Of a DNA stretch of 64,000 nt, positions 28,118-38,763 are shown piece after piece. This DNA comes from Methanobacteriota archaeon (GTDB lineage: Archaea; Thermoplasmatota; Poseidoniia; MGIII; CG-Epi1). A model generated the notes under the pieces. That model made no database searches, had not been told where the DNA came from, and was given only the letters and a program-made list of their open reading frames with translations. The position numbers and the translations under genes were made by a program. The stretch covers positions 38,156 through 102,155 of the forward strand of contig NYZZ01000041.1 in the NCBI GenBank assembly GCA_002687355.1, given 5' to 3'. Positions within the stretch are counted from its first letter, which is position 1. Every line of letters starts with the position of its first letter.

Positions 28118-29517
28118 TGCGCACCTCCAATTTCAATTTTAGGTCCCGACCTGATTGATTGATAAAGGATCCACATGATGACGCTCAGTATCAGGCTGAC
28201 CGAGACGACGAACCGCGTTTCATCCAGCCCGAAAATCAGGTAAAGCAGGATCGCCCCGATACCGGCTGCCGGGATGCTGGCGACCCAGCTAGCAGCAATC
28301 TTTCCAAAAACGCTGAAATCCACTGATGAGGTTCCTCTTGCCAGCCCGACTCCCACCACAGAGCCCACAAGGGTATGTGTAGTGGAGATGGGCACAGCCA
28401 AGAATGGCATGGAGAATAAGAGAACGGTGGTCGCGGCGGCGAACTGAGCTGCAAACCCGCGAGTTGGAGTAATGTGAGTTATTTTCTCACCAATGGTCTT
28501 CATAACGCGATGGCCCCAGGTAGCTATACCGATGACGATGCCAACACTTCCCAGCAGTACCAACCATAGAGGGACCTCGGCTTCCGGACTTAGTACGCCA
28601 GCTTGGTAAACTTGCCATACTGCCGCCATTGGACCAATGGCGTTGCTACGGTCATTCGCCCCGTGTGCAAAGGCGACATAGCATGCGGTGATTATCTGGA
28701 GCCAGACAAATATGTGTTCGACTCCCGCATAACCTTTCTCCTTGAATTCATGCTTGCGTAGTAGTAAGTAGAGAGCCAGATTAGCTAGTGTTGCCAATAA
28801 CAGTGCTATCTGCAGGCTCTGTATAGGTAGGCATTCTACGACAGCATCCGTGAAACTAAGATTTGCGGCACAATTTTTGGCAGGTAGCCAGGCGGACGGC
28901 AGCAGGAATTTGAGGGCTTTATACTGGAGCGCCAGTCCAAGTACAAAGAATGTCGGGAAAGCCAGGATTGGTGCCATCCAGCGCGATCGTTGGATGGGGT
29001 CCTCAGCTTCCATAATTGTCATGCGTATAACCATGAAAGTCACGTAGGCCAACACTCCACCCAGTAATGGAGAAATAACCCAACTCAAGGCTATCTGGCC
29101 AACTTTCTGAAAATCCACCAACCCTGGGTCGATAAAGAGGCCGAAACCGATTATGCCACCCACAATGCTATGAGTTGTAGAGACAGGCAATCCGTAGCGG
29201 GTGGCAACAGTAATCCAAAGCGCGGCCGCTAGCATGGCAGCGATGAAGCCATATTGTAGCTCGCGAGAAAGACTAGCCATCTCCTCCTCGGAAATAACAA
29301 GCACCCCCTTGCGTACCGTGTCAGTTACGGCATCTCCAGCGAAGAAGGCACCGCAAAATTCGAAAACCGCAGCAATGATTATGGCGTTGCGCAGAGTCAG
29401 CGCACCGCTCCCAACGCTGGTGCCCATAGCGTTGGCGACGTCGTTGGCGCCGATGTTCCACGCCATGTACGCTGCTACCGCAATGGCTAGTAGTATCATC
29501 AATTCGAGTCCGAACAC
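28114..29517 (-). CDS. pitA: PiT-family inorganic phosphate transporter
   Basis: GANDVANAMGTSVGSG, PVSTTHS, HGAND, PISTTH. Confidence 0.95.
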   Translation of the reverse strand: MFGLELMILLAIAVAAYMAWNIGANDVANAMGTSVGSGALTLRNAIIIAAVFEFCGAFFAGDAVTDTVRKGVLVISEEEMASLSRELQYGFIAAMLAAALWITVATRYGLPVSTTHSIVGGIIGFGLFIDPGLVDFQKVGQIALSWVISPLLGGVLAYVTFMVIRMTIMEAEDPIQRSRWMAPILAFPTFFVLGLALQYKALKFLLPSAWLPAKNCAANLSFTDAVVECLPIQSLQIALLLATLANLALYLLLRKHEFKEKGYAGVEHIFVWLQIITACYVAFAHGANDRSNAIGPMAAVWQVYQAGVLSPEAEVPLWLVLLGSVGIVIGIATWGHRVMKTIGEKITHITPTRGFAAQFAAATTVLLFSMPFLAVPISTTHTLVGSVVGVGLARGTSSVDFSVFGKIAASWVASIPAAGIGAILLYLIFGLDETRFVVSVSLILSVIMWILYQSIRSGPKIEIGGAQ

Positions 29518-29538
29518 TAACTGGCGCTTACATGGGGG

Positions 29539-29588
29539 TTAAATAAATATTTTCTATATAAAATATATAATCTATATATTTAATATAC
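29539..29588. promoter_or_regulatory. AT-rich divergent promoter region of pit/phoU with repeated TCTATATA
   Basis: Almost pure A/T tract; TCTATATA at 29553 and 29571. Confidence 0.55.
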
Positions 29589-29607
29589 CGACCTGTCTGC
29601 TGGGTAG

Positions 29608-30588
29608 GTGATGGAAAGACGGAAGCTACAGCTGACTGGCGGCTCGACGATTACGGTATCGCTGCCTCGGAAATGGATTGATGAATCCAGGGTTGGGCGG
29701 GGAAACGAGGTGTCACTCATTCCTCAGGCCAATGGCACTTTGGTAATCGACCCACGCGACGAACATTATACGCACAAGAAGCGCCGCAAGCTCGAGGTAG
29801 CTGACGAAGTAGACCAGCAACTGTTCCGCAGGCTCATAGGTATCTACCTGACTGGTACAACTGAACTTTCTGTGGTGTCATCCAATCGCTTCACTGTCCG
29901 CCAGCGACAAACCGTCCGTGATTTCTCAGCTAGCGTTATCGGGATGGAGATAGTAGAGGAGGAGGCAAACCGTATCCTGCTCTATGATGTTACCAGCTCT
30001 GGCGCGTTACCGTTCGACCGGGCAGTTAAGCGACTCTACAAGATAGTGCGAGCGATGTATGATGACGCAGTCTCTATCTTACAGGGCTCTGATATCTTGG
30101 CAGATGAGGTTATCGACCGCGACCGCGAGGCTGACAAGCTCTACTGGTTTATTGACCGGCAGTTCAACATGACTCTAGAGACTCTACAGTTGGCTGATAA
30201 GGTTGCAGGTGGATTGCCTCACGGGCAATTTTTTACACACACCGCTCGCGCACTTGAACGGATTGGTGACCATGCTTGCCGACTTGCCGAAGCGGCGGAG
30301 GAAATGGAGACAGCCGATAGTCGACTGCTTAAACTAGCCGTGGAGGCAGGTGGAATCATGGAGGATGCCATGGCTAGCTTTTCAGCCATCAGGGCGAAGG
30401 CAGCCGTCGACATAGTGGATCGTGGGAAGGCGTACCGGAACCGCTGTCAACATTACTTACAGCAGTATGCCGCCAGAACTCCTGATGAGCCCCTATCGCT
30501 TTTCATGGCACTCGAGTCGATAATCCGTACTGCTATGTACTCGACCGATATCGCTGAGGCAACCATCAATTTTGCGTCGCAGGACTGA
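29608..30588 (+). CDS. phoU: Archaeal phosphate uptake regulator (AbrB plus PhoU domains)
   Basis: RKLQLTGGSTITVSLPRKW, DREADKLY, LERIGDHA. Confidence 0.92.
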   Translation: MMERRKLQLTGGSTITVSLPRKWIDESRVGRGNEVSLIPQANGTLVIDPRDEHYTHKKRRKLEVADEVDQQLFRRLIGIYLTGTTELSVVSSNRFTVRQRQTVRDFSASVIGMEIVEEEANRILLYDVTSSGALPFDRAVKRLYKIVRAMYDDAVSILQGSDILADEVIDRDREADKLYWFIDRQFNMTLETLQLADKVAGGLPHGQFFTHTARALERIGDHACRLAEAAEEMETADSRLLKLAVEAGGIMEDAMASFSAIRAKAAVDIVDRGKAYRNRCQHYLQQYAARTPDEPLSLFMALESIIRTAMYSTDIAEATINFASQD

Positions 30589-30612
30589 TTAACCGTCTGC
30601 CTCTGCCAGACT

Positions 30613-31302
30613 GTGAAGCTAGACGCACCTTTCTATGCACAGACAATGGATTTCAGTTGCGGCCCTGCGTGCGTAGTGATGGCGCTGGGTTACTTCAACC
30701 TCGCTAGCCCTCTGGACCGTGACCTGGAGGTCGAGATATGGCGCGAGACCAACGCGGTGGAGACTGGTGGCTGCGGGCGCTATGGTGCAGCAGCGCCACT
30801 GGCACTGCGCGGACTGCGACCGCATATAATCTGTAGCGCTGCTGGACTCGGCCTCATGGACAGCGTCCATGAGCGTGTAGCTGGTATAGATCCCGGCACA
30901 CTGGAGTTTTTTCATGTTATGCAGCAGCGACTCTGTGCGCGTAATGGAGTTACGGAAGAGCAACGACAGCCAGCTCTGGCCGATATTCGCGTCGCTTTGA
31001 GCGCTGAGCGTCTGGTACTAGCGTTGGTCTCGACAGCACTTTTTCCAGAAGAAGAAGACGAACTCCCACACTGGGTGCTGGTGACTGGTATGCGTGACAA
31101 CGAACTACTGGTGCACAATCCGCTTGACGGAGCGGAAAAGGCACATCGTCCAGTTGCCGCACAAGCGCTGCTGGCTAGTGCGGCACGGTTCCGCGAGCAA
31201 TCGCTGTTATCTGTCGACAGTCGCGAATGGTCTGGTGGAGAGCCGGTGGTAGAGCCACCGTTACCAGAGGATTTCCTCGATTATAGTTACGAGCCAGCCT
31301 AG
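30613..31302 (+). CDS. Peptidase C39-like protein
   Basis: QTMDFSCGPAC...PHWVLVTG...HNP. Confidence 0.8.
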   Translation: MKLDAPFYAQTMDFSCGPACVVMALGYFNLASPLDRDLEVEIWRETNAVETGGCGRYGAAAPLALRGLRPHIICSAAGLGLMDSVHERVAGIDPGTLEFFHVMQQRLCARNGVTEEQRQPALADIRVALSAERLVLALVSTALFPEEEDELPHWVLVTGMRDNELLVHNPLDGAEKAHRPVAAQALLASAARFREQSLLSVDSREWSGGEPVVEPPLPEDFLDYSYEPA

Positions 31303-31332
31303 AAGGGGGGAACAGAGTTATCCGCCAACAAT

Positions 31333-32724
31333 CTAGAATACGGTTGTCGAAAGGAAATAATAGATTAGGTATAGTCCGACAATAACCATGACTACACCTC
31401 CCCCTATCTCAATCTGGCGAGTAGAAGCTTTCAATTTATCAACAATCGTGGATTCAGATGCAGCGACTACCGTTGTGAATGCAACCATAAGGGCCCCAGC
31501 CGTAGCCGAGAATATCAAGAAAACAGACAGTCCCGTAAGGATTCCTCTCCCGATGCTCGCAGTTAACAGCCCTACAATGACTGGAGCCACACAGCCTGTC
31601 GCAGCAGAGCCATAGGCAACACCATACCAGAAAAGTCCAGTTCTAGTTCCGTCTGCGTTATCGGAGAAACTAAATTCTTTCCCCGTGGTCATCCTGATAA
31701 CGCTTTCGACACCATTCTTGACCATAATCATTGGTTGTGAACTAGATACGGCCGACATCAGGTCTCTGAATGGTCCGACTATCATGTTGGAGTCATATTC
31801 TATTACCATTACGGTACCCATGGATAGAATCAGGATGCCTACAACCAGTTCGAGTACAGGAATAAACCCTCCGATTATACTAACAAATGGAACTAGTAAA
31901 ATTCCAATTAGTAACAGAATCCCCATTAATCCAGCAGCGGCGGCTAAGCCATCTGGTAAAGCTTCTTTTGCGGTTTGTTCATTAAATTTACCGGTGCGAC
32001 TCTTCTTGCTAGACAGGTAGAAGGACATGTAGCCAGGTAACATGGGAAATGAACATGGTGAAAAGAAAACCATAACACCCGCTCCGACGGCAAACAAGTA
32101 TATCGAGGATTCCTTTACCTTAACGAGTGTACCTTGCCCTGTCAGGGCTTTATTAACTTCTAATTCCAGTTCATTTGAACTCTTGGGAACAGACTTCCCT
32201 GTCGTACCGCCTGCTTCGTAGGTAATTTGTCCATTCTTGTCAATAATGAATAGTTTAGGAGTTCCAGTGACGCCATATGCAAGTTCGATATCGCCGTTAG
32301 AATCGCCCATTGCATGTATCCATCCAAAATCCTCCGCATAATTTCGCAGCTCCGATTCATCATCTTCACCGAAGACACTTACTGAGATGATAACTACGTC
32401 GCCGTTGTCCATATTCTTAGAATATGGTTCAAGCGCATCATCCACAAATTTTTCACACGGCACACATGTAGTGAACATAAAATCCAGAACGACTACTTTT
32501 TCACCTTCGTAATCCGAGAGTGAGAATGTATTTCCTCCAGTATCTTTTAGTGTGAAATCCGGGGCATCAGACTCTCCTCCAATCATTCCATACAGGACAA
32601 CAGCCAGAATCAAAATCATGGCTGTTCCTATGCCAAATAGTACCTTGTTCTCGAGGATGGTATTGTATGCCTTGCTCCGACTTACGTCCTCAACCAGAAC
32701 ATCCCAATTCGTCTTTTGAGTCAT
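31333..32724 (-). CDS. Redoxin (CVPC) fused to CcdA/DsbD-type transmembrane domain
   Basis: APDFTLKD...LDFMFTTCVPC; FFSPCSFPMLPGY; GCVAP. Confidence 0.87.
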   Translation of the reverse strand: MTQKTNWDVLVEDVSRSKAYNTILENKVLFGIGTAMILILAVVLYGMIGGESDAPDFTLKDTGGNTFSLSDYEGEKVVVLDFMFTTCVPCEKFVDDALEPYSKNMDNGDVVIISVSVFGEDDESELRNYAEDFGWIHAMGDSNGDIELAYGVTGTPKLFIIDKNGQITYEAGGTTGKSVPKSSNELELEVNKALTGQGTLVKVKESSIYLFAVGAGVMVFFSPCSFPMLPGYMSFYLSSKKSRTGKFNEQTAKEALPDGLAAAAGLMGILLLIGILLVPFVSIIGGFIPVLELVVGILILSMGTVMVIEYDSNMIVGPFRDLMSAVSSSQPMIMVKNGVESVIRMTTGKEFSFSDNADGTRTGLFWYGVAYGSAATGCVAPVIVGLLTASIGRGILTGLSVFLIFSATAGALMVAFTTVVAASESTIVDKLKASTRQIEIGGGVVMVIVGLYLIYYFLSTTVF

Positions 32725-32783
32725 GCCTACGATAGGGCGTACTACAGTTTGTATTTATCTATTTGTTATCTGCCCTGCTTCTA

Positions 32784-34244
32784 CTAATCTGTAGCTACAG
32801 AAGGCTTTCTAGCCCAGAAAATAAATCCGGATACGCACGCTATCAATATAACTCCACCAATGATTAACAACACAGGCAGACCTTTCTTTTCTTCGGGCGT
32901 CATAGCCGAGACAGTAGCCACGTCGGTACTTCCCTTCGTCCAGTTACCATCGTACGCTACGATGCTATACTCAACCTCTGTAGAATCATCTACATTGAGA
33001 ACAGCAAAAGATTCTCCGCTCCCGATTGTACATATATCTCCATCACACACCTCTCCATTTATGGTCATAGGCTTGTAGGACCAATTATAGGATATATTTG
33101 AGATATGGGAAGCTTCGCGATAGATGACCAGAGCTGCAGTCAGTTCACCACCATCATCCTCGATAACAGCATTAATCTTCACTTTTCCATTTTCAGAAGT
33201 TGGTTTCTCTAGCTCAATCGACGGTGGGCTTGCTTCTTCATCGTAAGCAGTACCTTCGGGCGTCGCCGAATTCAGTGCTCTGGGGGACCCGTCATTTCCG
33301 TCTCCTCCATCTTCATTACCACTTCCATCCCCCCTACTAGAACTAGTGTCATCCATGTCATAAACAACAGCAACCGGGTACACGTTCCGGGGGTTAATAG
33401 GAACTCGAATAGGTTCCTCTATTCCATCTCTAACGATAGTGCTAGGGACCAACCAGTCAGCATAGATTTCATTCAGAGATTCACCTGGCTGAAGTTCAAA
33501 ATCTTTCCCCTCAAGAGCATATTCCCTGAACACATTGTGCATGGTTACGTCAGCATCATTGACGGTACTCCAAGCTGTAACATGATCCTCTACCATGAAA
33601 ATGTGAAGCCGTCCGTTGAGAGTATCATCTGGCAATTCCATGCTCATTGGATCGAAATTTTCGTTGTTCTCAATGTATTCTATATCTACCCTGACTGAAA
33701 AGCGCTGCCCGTCATAAATGGAGGCGACCTTAAGATTCACCATCTTAATCTGGTCCCTTTCTCCAGAATCTTGGAGTGCGCTTTTCATTTCCTCATAATT
33801 TGCACTCGGAGCATTCGCGCTATGTGAGCCTCCCATCTCTACATATCCACCATCAGCGTCTAGAGATGGAGTACCAGAGACTCCAGGCTGGTAATATTTC
33901 ATCCGATCCCGCGACTCATCAGTCATAAGATCATCCTCACCGCCTCCGTTTAGTTCATGGAATTCTATGTAGTTCCAAGGGTTCCCCTCTGTGTATCCTT
34001 CTTCCTCCCAGAGTCGCGTTGCGTCGGGATGCGCCACACTCATGCAAGGAGGACAGGAAAGCCCAGTGAAGTGCTCAAGTATAGGCCGATGGGTCCATTG
34101 ATATGGGTGTTCAGAATTCTCGGTTTCAACACCCTGAATCTCAGCCGCCAAGCTGGAAGTAAATGATGTGCAGAACGAAAGTGCAATCGCTATTGCTACG
34201 GCAACCTTAACCGACTCGAACACATTTCTGTACCCAGCAGGCAA
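32784..34244 (-). CDS. Exported thioredoxin-fold (CPPC, Omp28-like) protein with C-terminal membrane anchor
   Basis: Signal-like N-terminus, LEHFTGLSCPPC, GTP, HNVFR, C-terminal TM. Confidence 0.7.
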   Translation of the reverse strand: MPAGYRNVFESVKVAVAIAIALSFCTSFTSSLAAEIQGVETENSEHPYQWTHRPILEHFTGLSCPPCMSVAHPDATRLWEEEGYTEGNPWNYIEFHELNGGGEDDLMTDESRDRMKYYQPGVSGTPSLDADGGYVEMGGSHSANAPSANYEEMKSALQDSGERDQIKMVNLKVASIYDGQRFSVRVDIEYIENNENFDPMSMELPDDTLNGRLHIFMVEDHVTAWSTVNDADVTMHNVFREYALEGKDFELQPGESLNEIYADWLVPSTIVRDGIEEPIRVPINPRNVYPVAVVYDMDDTSSSRGDGSGNEDGGDGNDGSPRALNSATPEGTAYDEEASPPSIELEKPTSENGKVKINAVIEDDGGELTAALVIYREASHISNISYNWSYKPMTINGEVCDGDICTIGSGESFAVLNVDDSTEVEYSIVAYDGNWTKGSTDVATVSAMTPEEKKGLPVLLIIGGVILIACVSGFIFWARKPSVATD

Positions 34245-34263
34245 TATATGACACTATCTGTGT

Positions 34264-36162
34264 TCAAAGTGTTAGCATTGCACGAACCTTCGCCTCAATA
34301 TCTGCCGGCGCGAGTCCCTGATGCGGAATTTGCTCTGCTTGTCCGCAATTGCCCGGCCGCGTAGTACCGATATGGGCATACCGGGGGGTCAGTCCACGCT
34401 CTAGCAGCCAGGTACCGTAGCGAATGCCGAGGCCGGTGCGCTGGTTGAGACTCTCGACAACTAGTATAAAAGGAGAAGTACCGAGTTGTACAATCACATC
34501 ATCATCCACTGTATTTAGAGTTGGCTTGTTCACCAAGCCTACCGAGATTCCCTCAGTGCGCAATTTTTCCACCACGTGTAGGCAGCGATGTAGCATATCG
34601 CCAAAGCTCACAATCCAGCCGGTATCACCTTCACGTACTATCTCATCGCACCCTGGCTTGAATTGGTAGTCGCCAGCATGGAGCGGTTCGCCTCCTTCAG
34701 TGAGGATTTCTGGCAATTTAGAGCGGTTTGAGAACACGAATCGCATACCTCCTTTGGTGAAAATGTGCTTGATGACGGCGTCCATTTGGTGCACATCAGC
34801 GGGGAAGTAAAGTCCGGTCTGTGCGCCCTCGGATACGTAGTTGTCAGCGAAGAAGTTGTTGAGTCCGAAGTGACATGTGTTGTCGGACATCGCGTCAACC
34901 CCAGCATGCGAGAAGTGGCAGAGCAGATCGCACTCGTTGAGCCGTGACATGGTGATTTCGGAAATTACCATTTCTAGGAAGGCGGAGAAGGTGGCGAAAA
35001 TGCCTTGATGCCCCGACTGCGAGCCGAATCCCGCCGCTGCGAGGAAGTTGCCGCGCTCTTGCACTCCCCCACTGGTGAAACACTCTGGAAATTGTTCACG
35101 AATCGCTGTGAGGCCCACCGACCCTTCTAGGTCCGAATCGAAGGCGCGAACGCGTTGCCGGTCTGTAGGTGACAGGTCTTTTAGGATGGCAGAGAGCGAC
35201 AGTCCGAATTGCTTGCGACATGCGCTGGACGCACCGCTGCCAAGCAGCTCGGTTGAGCCCCCCGTCGCCTCTTCCGCCTCGATTTTATCAAGAAGCATCA
35301 GCGCTGTGTCGTAGTTGCGCGCAGTGAGGTACTCGCGCGCCGCAGCGAGTGTGATGACATCGTGCAGTTGCGGTGTCCCCTCAAGCTGTGGGATGCCTGG
35401 CCCCATGCTACGGCGGCAGAGCACTGCCACCGGACCGTCCTGCTGTAGCGCACTGACGATAGCAGCTAGCAAGGCACTTGAATCCTCGCCGTCGGCCGTA
35501 AAGATTGCGAAGCCATGGCCTCCAAGGGTGCGCTCTAGGTCGAACCCCGGAAGGTAACGATCGGGGTAGCCAGCTATGGTGACGTTATTGTCATCGATAA
35601 TCCATTTGACGTTGAGGTTATTGGCGACTGCCAGTCGCGCCGCCTCACCGTTGTTGCCCTCCATTTGTGATCCGTCGGAGCCGAACATCACTACCGCACT
35701 TCCAGGATTCGCAAATGCGACGCCGTTGGCGTGTCCTGCAGCGTGGCCGAGCCGCCCACTTGAGAAATCAATGCATTCCAGTAGTTCCTTCTCCGGGTGG
35801 CCAGCTAGTCCCGAGCCATACTCGCGGTAGTGCAGTAGTTGCTCCGGCGGTAGTTGGCCTCGCAGCGCAGCGCGCGCATATTGGAGAGCTGCGCGGTGGC
35901 CTGCTTCGTCGAAGAACTCAGGATGGATGGCCGCTCCTCCGTCGCGTAGGGCGTCGACAATCAGCACCTCCGGCACGATGTCGTACGGTCCACCGGTGTG
36001 GCCGCCGAGGCCACGTGCGCGGGCGACTGCGGTTAGTGTAATGATAGCGTCGCGCAGCAGAGTGATGTTACGCTCTAGCTGCGCCAGCACCGGCTCGCTA
36101 ATCTCAGGTTCAAGAGGTAATTTTAGCCGCGAAAAGCCACTTATGTTGAGGGGAAAATCCAT
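34264..36162 (-). CDS. Single-chain transketolase-family TPP enzyme
   Basis: GHTGG, GHPE, SSGRLGH, SDGSQMEG...DDNN, DLEGS, ATFSAF, CHFG. Confidence 0.85.
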   Translation of the reverse strand: MDFPLNISGFSRLKLPLEPEISEPVLAQLERNITLLRDAIITLTAVARARGLGGHTGGPYDIVPEVLIVDALRDGGAAIHPEFFDEAGHRAALQYARAALRGQLPPEQLLHYREYGSGLAGHPEKELLECIDFSSGRLGHAAGHANGVAFANPGSAVVMFGSDGSQMEGNNGEAARLAVANNLNVKWIIDDNNVTIAGYPDRYLPGFDLERTLGGHGFAIFTADGEDSSALLAAIVSALQQDGPVAVLCRRSMGPGIPQLEGTPQLHDVITLAAAREYLTARNYDTALMLLDKIEAEEATGGSTELLGSGASSACRKQFGLSLSAILKDLSPTDRQRVRAFDSDLEGSVGLTAIREQFPECFTSGGVQERGNFLAAAGFGSQSGHQGIFATFSAFLEMVISEITMSRLNECDLLCHFSHAGVDAMSDNTCHFGLNNFFADNYVSEGAQTGLYFPADVHQMDAVIKHIFTKGGMRFVFSNRSKLPEILTEGGEPLHAGDYQFKPGCDEIVREGDTGWIVSFGDMLHRCLHVVEKLRTEGISVGLVNKPTLNTVDDDVIVQLGTSPFILVVESLNQRTGLGIRYGTWLLERGLTPRYAHIGTTRPGNCGQAEQIPHQGLAPADIEAKVRAMLTL

Positions 36163-36202
36163 GCCTGCCGGGGCAGCCTGAGTCCCGGCTTAAACGTAAC
36201 CG

Positions 36203-36496
36203 TCAAAGTGTTGCGCACAGCCCCAGAATTTCGGAGTTGCCACCGTCCAAGATGGTCACGGCTGAAATTCCAAATGGTTTGCCGCATGCTATACCTAAGT
36301 CGGCATTAGTACCATCGAAATGGTATACAGGCACCTCGCCCCGTTCGATATCCTCGACAGCTGCTGCAGGGCAGTTGCGAGCCAGTAGCACAAGCTTCGC
36401 CTTACCTGCAGCAACAGCTTCACGACATTGGCTAGTGCCGAGTTGCACGTTGCCAGTGCCGATAGCACTGCGCAGCTCGCGGTTAATGTCCATCAA
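36203..36496 (-). CDS. rpl30e: 50S ribosomal protein eL30
   Basis: [27 protein letters not shown]; follows rpoA2. Confidence 0.95.
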   Translation of the reverse strand: MMDINRELRSAIGTGNVQLGTSQCREAVAAGKAKLVLLARNCPAAAVEDIERGEVPVYHFDGTNADLGIACGKPFGISAVTILDGGNSEILGLCATL

Positions 36497-38763
36497 GTCT
36501 CACTGGAAGGATTGTAGATAACGCTCACGGCACCGGTACCTAGATGCACTGGCTGGCCAACAATAATATTCTCAGCGACGCCGGTTAGCACATCCTCTTC
36601 ACCAGTCAGCCCGGCCAGCAGCAGGTGAGTGGAGGTAATCTCGAACGCTGCTCGCGCCAGGACAGAGGTTTTCGCCCCTGAAATGCCGTGGCGACCGATA
36701 GCGCGTATGTTGCCGTTGTTGGTCATTACGTCAGCCACCAGCAGATTGTGGCGCATATCGACTACAAGCCCCTGCTCTTCCAGCGTTTCGTTCAGTTCGT
36801 AGGCAATTGCGGTCCGCGTCGCCTCGACGCCAAGCACCGCGCGTATTTCATGCAGTGAGTTGGTGGAGGTTCGGGCTAGGTCGACTCGCTCCATTTCCAG
36901 TATTTCCTTCAAGTTGGACCCTTCGGTGAAGATAATGTACTCGTCCTTTTCCTTGCGCACAATGGCGCGGGCGATAGAGGTGATACCGTCTACTTTCGCC
37001 CGCCGCACCTTTTCCTCCAAGACGTAGAGTTTCTTGAACGACGGCTCAGGTTCCGACATAACAATAGAGTCGCCTTCGATGGTGATATCGCACCGCAGGC
37101 GGGCAGATTTGCGGATGCGCGCCCCGAAGTCGGTGAGCGTGATACCACGCTTCTTCAGCTCCTTCATGTTTGGTTCAACCACCAGTCTCAGGTTGGTCAT
37201 GTCGGTACGGATGTCAGCTAGGCTACCCGCCGAGCGCGACTCGATGCGTGACGCTAAGTCGAGCGCCGCTTCACGGTCAGTTGCGTGCTGCGGTTCGAGG
37301 AAAACTTCCATAATTGGAGTTTTTGGCTCTCGTCTTGCATCGACAATCTCGATTAGCCTCGGCAGCCCTAGCGTCACGTTCATCTCTGCCACGCCAGCAT
37401 AGTGGAAGGTGCGCATGGTCATCTGCGTCCCCGGCTCGCCGATAGACTGCGCGGCAATGATGCCGACCGCCTCTGTAGCATCGACACTTGATAGAGTGCA
37501 CTGCTCAACCGCTCGCTGAGTGATTTCGCTGAATTGCTTCGCCGAGAGTTTGCGTCCGACACTTCGCTTCGCTAGTTGGCGCACAATACCATGCGGCAGC
37601 GTGGCGCCTTGCTTTTCTAGAGCTTTCTGCAGCTTTGTTTCAGTTGCGACCAGTTCTTCGTAATAGGCTACCAGTTCTCCGATCGCTTTTTGCTTGAGCC
37701 TTTCGCGCTCAGTTTTCATCACAATTTCCTTGCGGTAGTGCTCCGGCAGTTTTCCCGTCAGTTTTAGTGCCCGGGTACGGAAGGGGTTGAGCTTTCGTTT
37801 AACAACATCATCGGCCAGCGTCTCGACTAATTTCGTTTTATCAATGGGAGAGGGCTGCACCAGTTCCTGCGCGGCAGCCGCCTCGGCCACCCTGCGGAAC
37901 TCTTCCAGACGAGTCTGTGGAACCTCGGCTGCTTTCAACTCTATGTCAGTTGCGGCGGCAGCCTGACTCGCGAGATGCAAGCCGGCACCGAATAGCCCCG
38001 CAGCGGTTTTCTCGGAGAAGCCTAGCTCGGTGTAGAGGTTGCGTGATGCGATACGCTCCTGCTCGAATCGCAGTCGATCGCGCTCCAAGTCGAAAGTGTC
38101 CTCAATCTGGGTGTAGTTGCGCGCCGATCGTACTGGCTTACCATCCATCTTCTGGAATTCATTCAATCGCAGCGTACGCGGCAGCTCGACCAGCCGTGCA
38201 ACGCGTAAGAAAGTGACGTAAGGCTCCTGCATATGCTGCGGTAGCAACGCTTTTGCCTCATCTGGAATATTAGGTCGGTCGAACGAAACCACCTCCGAGA
38301 TAACAGATAGAAAGCGGATACCGTGCGCTTCCTTTAGATAGATATAGCCGCTAAAGGGTGGTCGGAATTGTTTGGCATTGACTGGGAATGCGACTCCCAC
38401 CAGAGTCTCACCGCGCCGACCCATATGCTCGCGAATCTCATCAATAGTATATCCTTCTGGCAGTGACCAGATTACACCCAGCTTCTTTTCGACCCTCCGC
38501 AGCGCGGCTTCGGCTGAGACTACCCCTTCGCCAGTAGCCTCTTCTTCCTGTGCGCCAGCGATGACCGCCTCGCGATCAACTTGCCGGTTGCCCACAGATT
38601 CGACTAGTTCTAGGATTTCGCGGAAATGGAATTGCTTGCACAAATCTTCCAAGCTCGCTTTCTTGAGCGACCCGAGCTGATATCCGGCGTCGACTGCCTT
38701 CTCGGCTAGCGCCAGCGTCATACCGCGCCGCTCGAGCGCCCGAATGGTGTCGAAACGGGCCAT
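36493..38763 (-). CDS. rpoA2: RNA polymerase subunit A'' (Rpo1C) with ~385-aa N-terminal extension
   Basis: [37 protein letters not shown] in the C-terminal half. Confidence 0.96.
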   Translation of the reverse strand: MARFDTIRALERRGMTLALAEKAVDAGYQLGSLKKASLEDLCKQFHFREILELVESVGNRQVDREAVIAGAQEEEATGEGVVSAEAALRRVEKKLGVIWSLPEGYTIDEIREHMGRRGETLVGVAFPVNAKQFRPPFSGYIYLKEAHGIRFLSVISEVVSFDRPNIPDEAKALLPQHMQEPYVTFLRVARLVELPRTLRLNEFQKMDGKPVRSARNYTQIEDTFDLERDRLRFEQERIASRNLYTELGFSEKTAAGLFGAGLHLASQAAAATDIELKAAEVPQTRLEEFRRVAEAAAAQELVQPSPIDKTKLVETLADDVVKRKLNPFRTRALKLTGKLPEHYRKEIVMKTERERLKQKAIGELVAYYEELVATETKLQKALEKQGATLPHGIVRQLAKRSVGRKLSAKQFSEITQRAVEQCTLSSVDATEAVGIIAAQSIGEPGTQMTMRTFHYAGVAEMNVTLGLPRLIEIVDARREPKTPIMEVFLEPQHATDREAALDLASRIESRSAGSLADIRTDMTNLRLVVEPNMKELKKRGITLTDFGARIRKSARLRCDITIEGDSIVMSEPEPSFKKLYVLEEKVRRAKVDGITSIARAIVRKEKDEYIIFTEGSNLKEILEMERVDLARTSTNSLHEIRAVLGVEATRTAIAYELNETLEEQGLVVDMRHNLLVADVMTNNGNIRAIGRHGISGAKTSVLARAAFEITSTHLLLAGLTGEEDVLTGVAENIIVGQPVHLGTGAVSVIYNPSSET

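Noticed and set aside
36493-38763. Intein as the cause of the long RpoA''
   Set aside because: The extra sequence is N-terminal and lacks C...HN splice motifs or LAGLIDADG signatures
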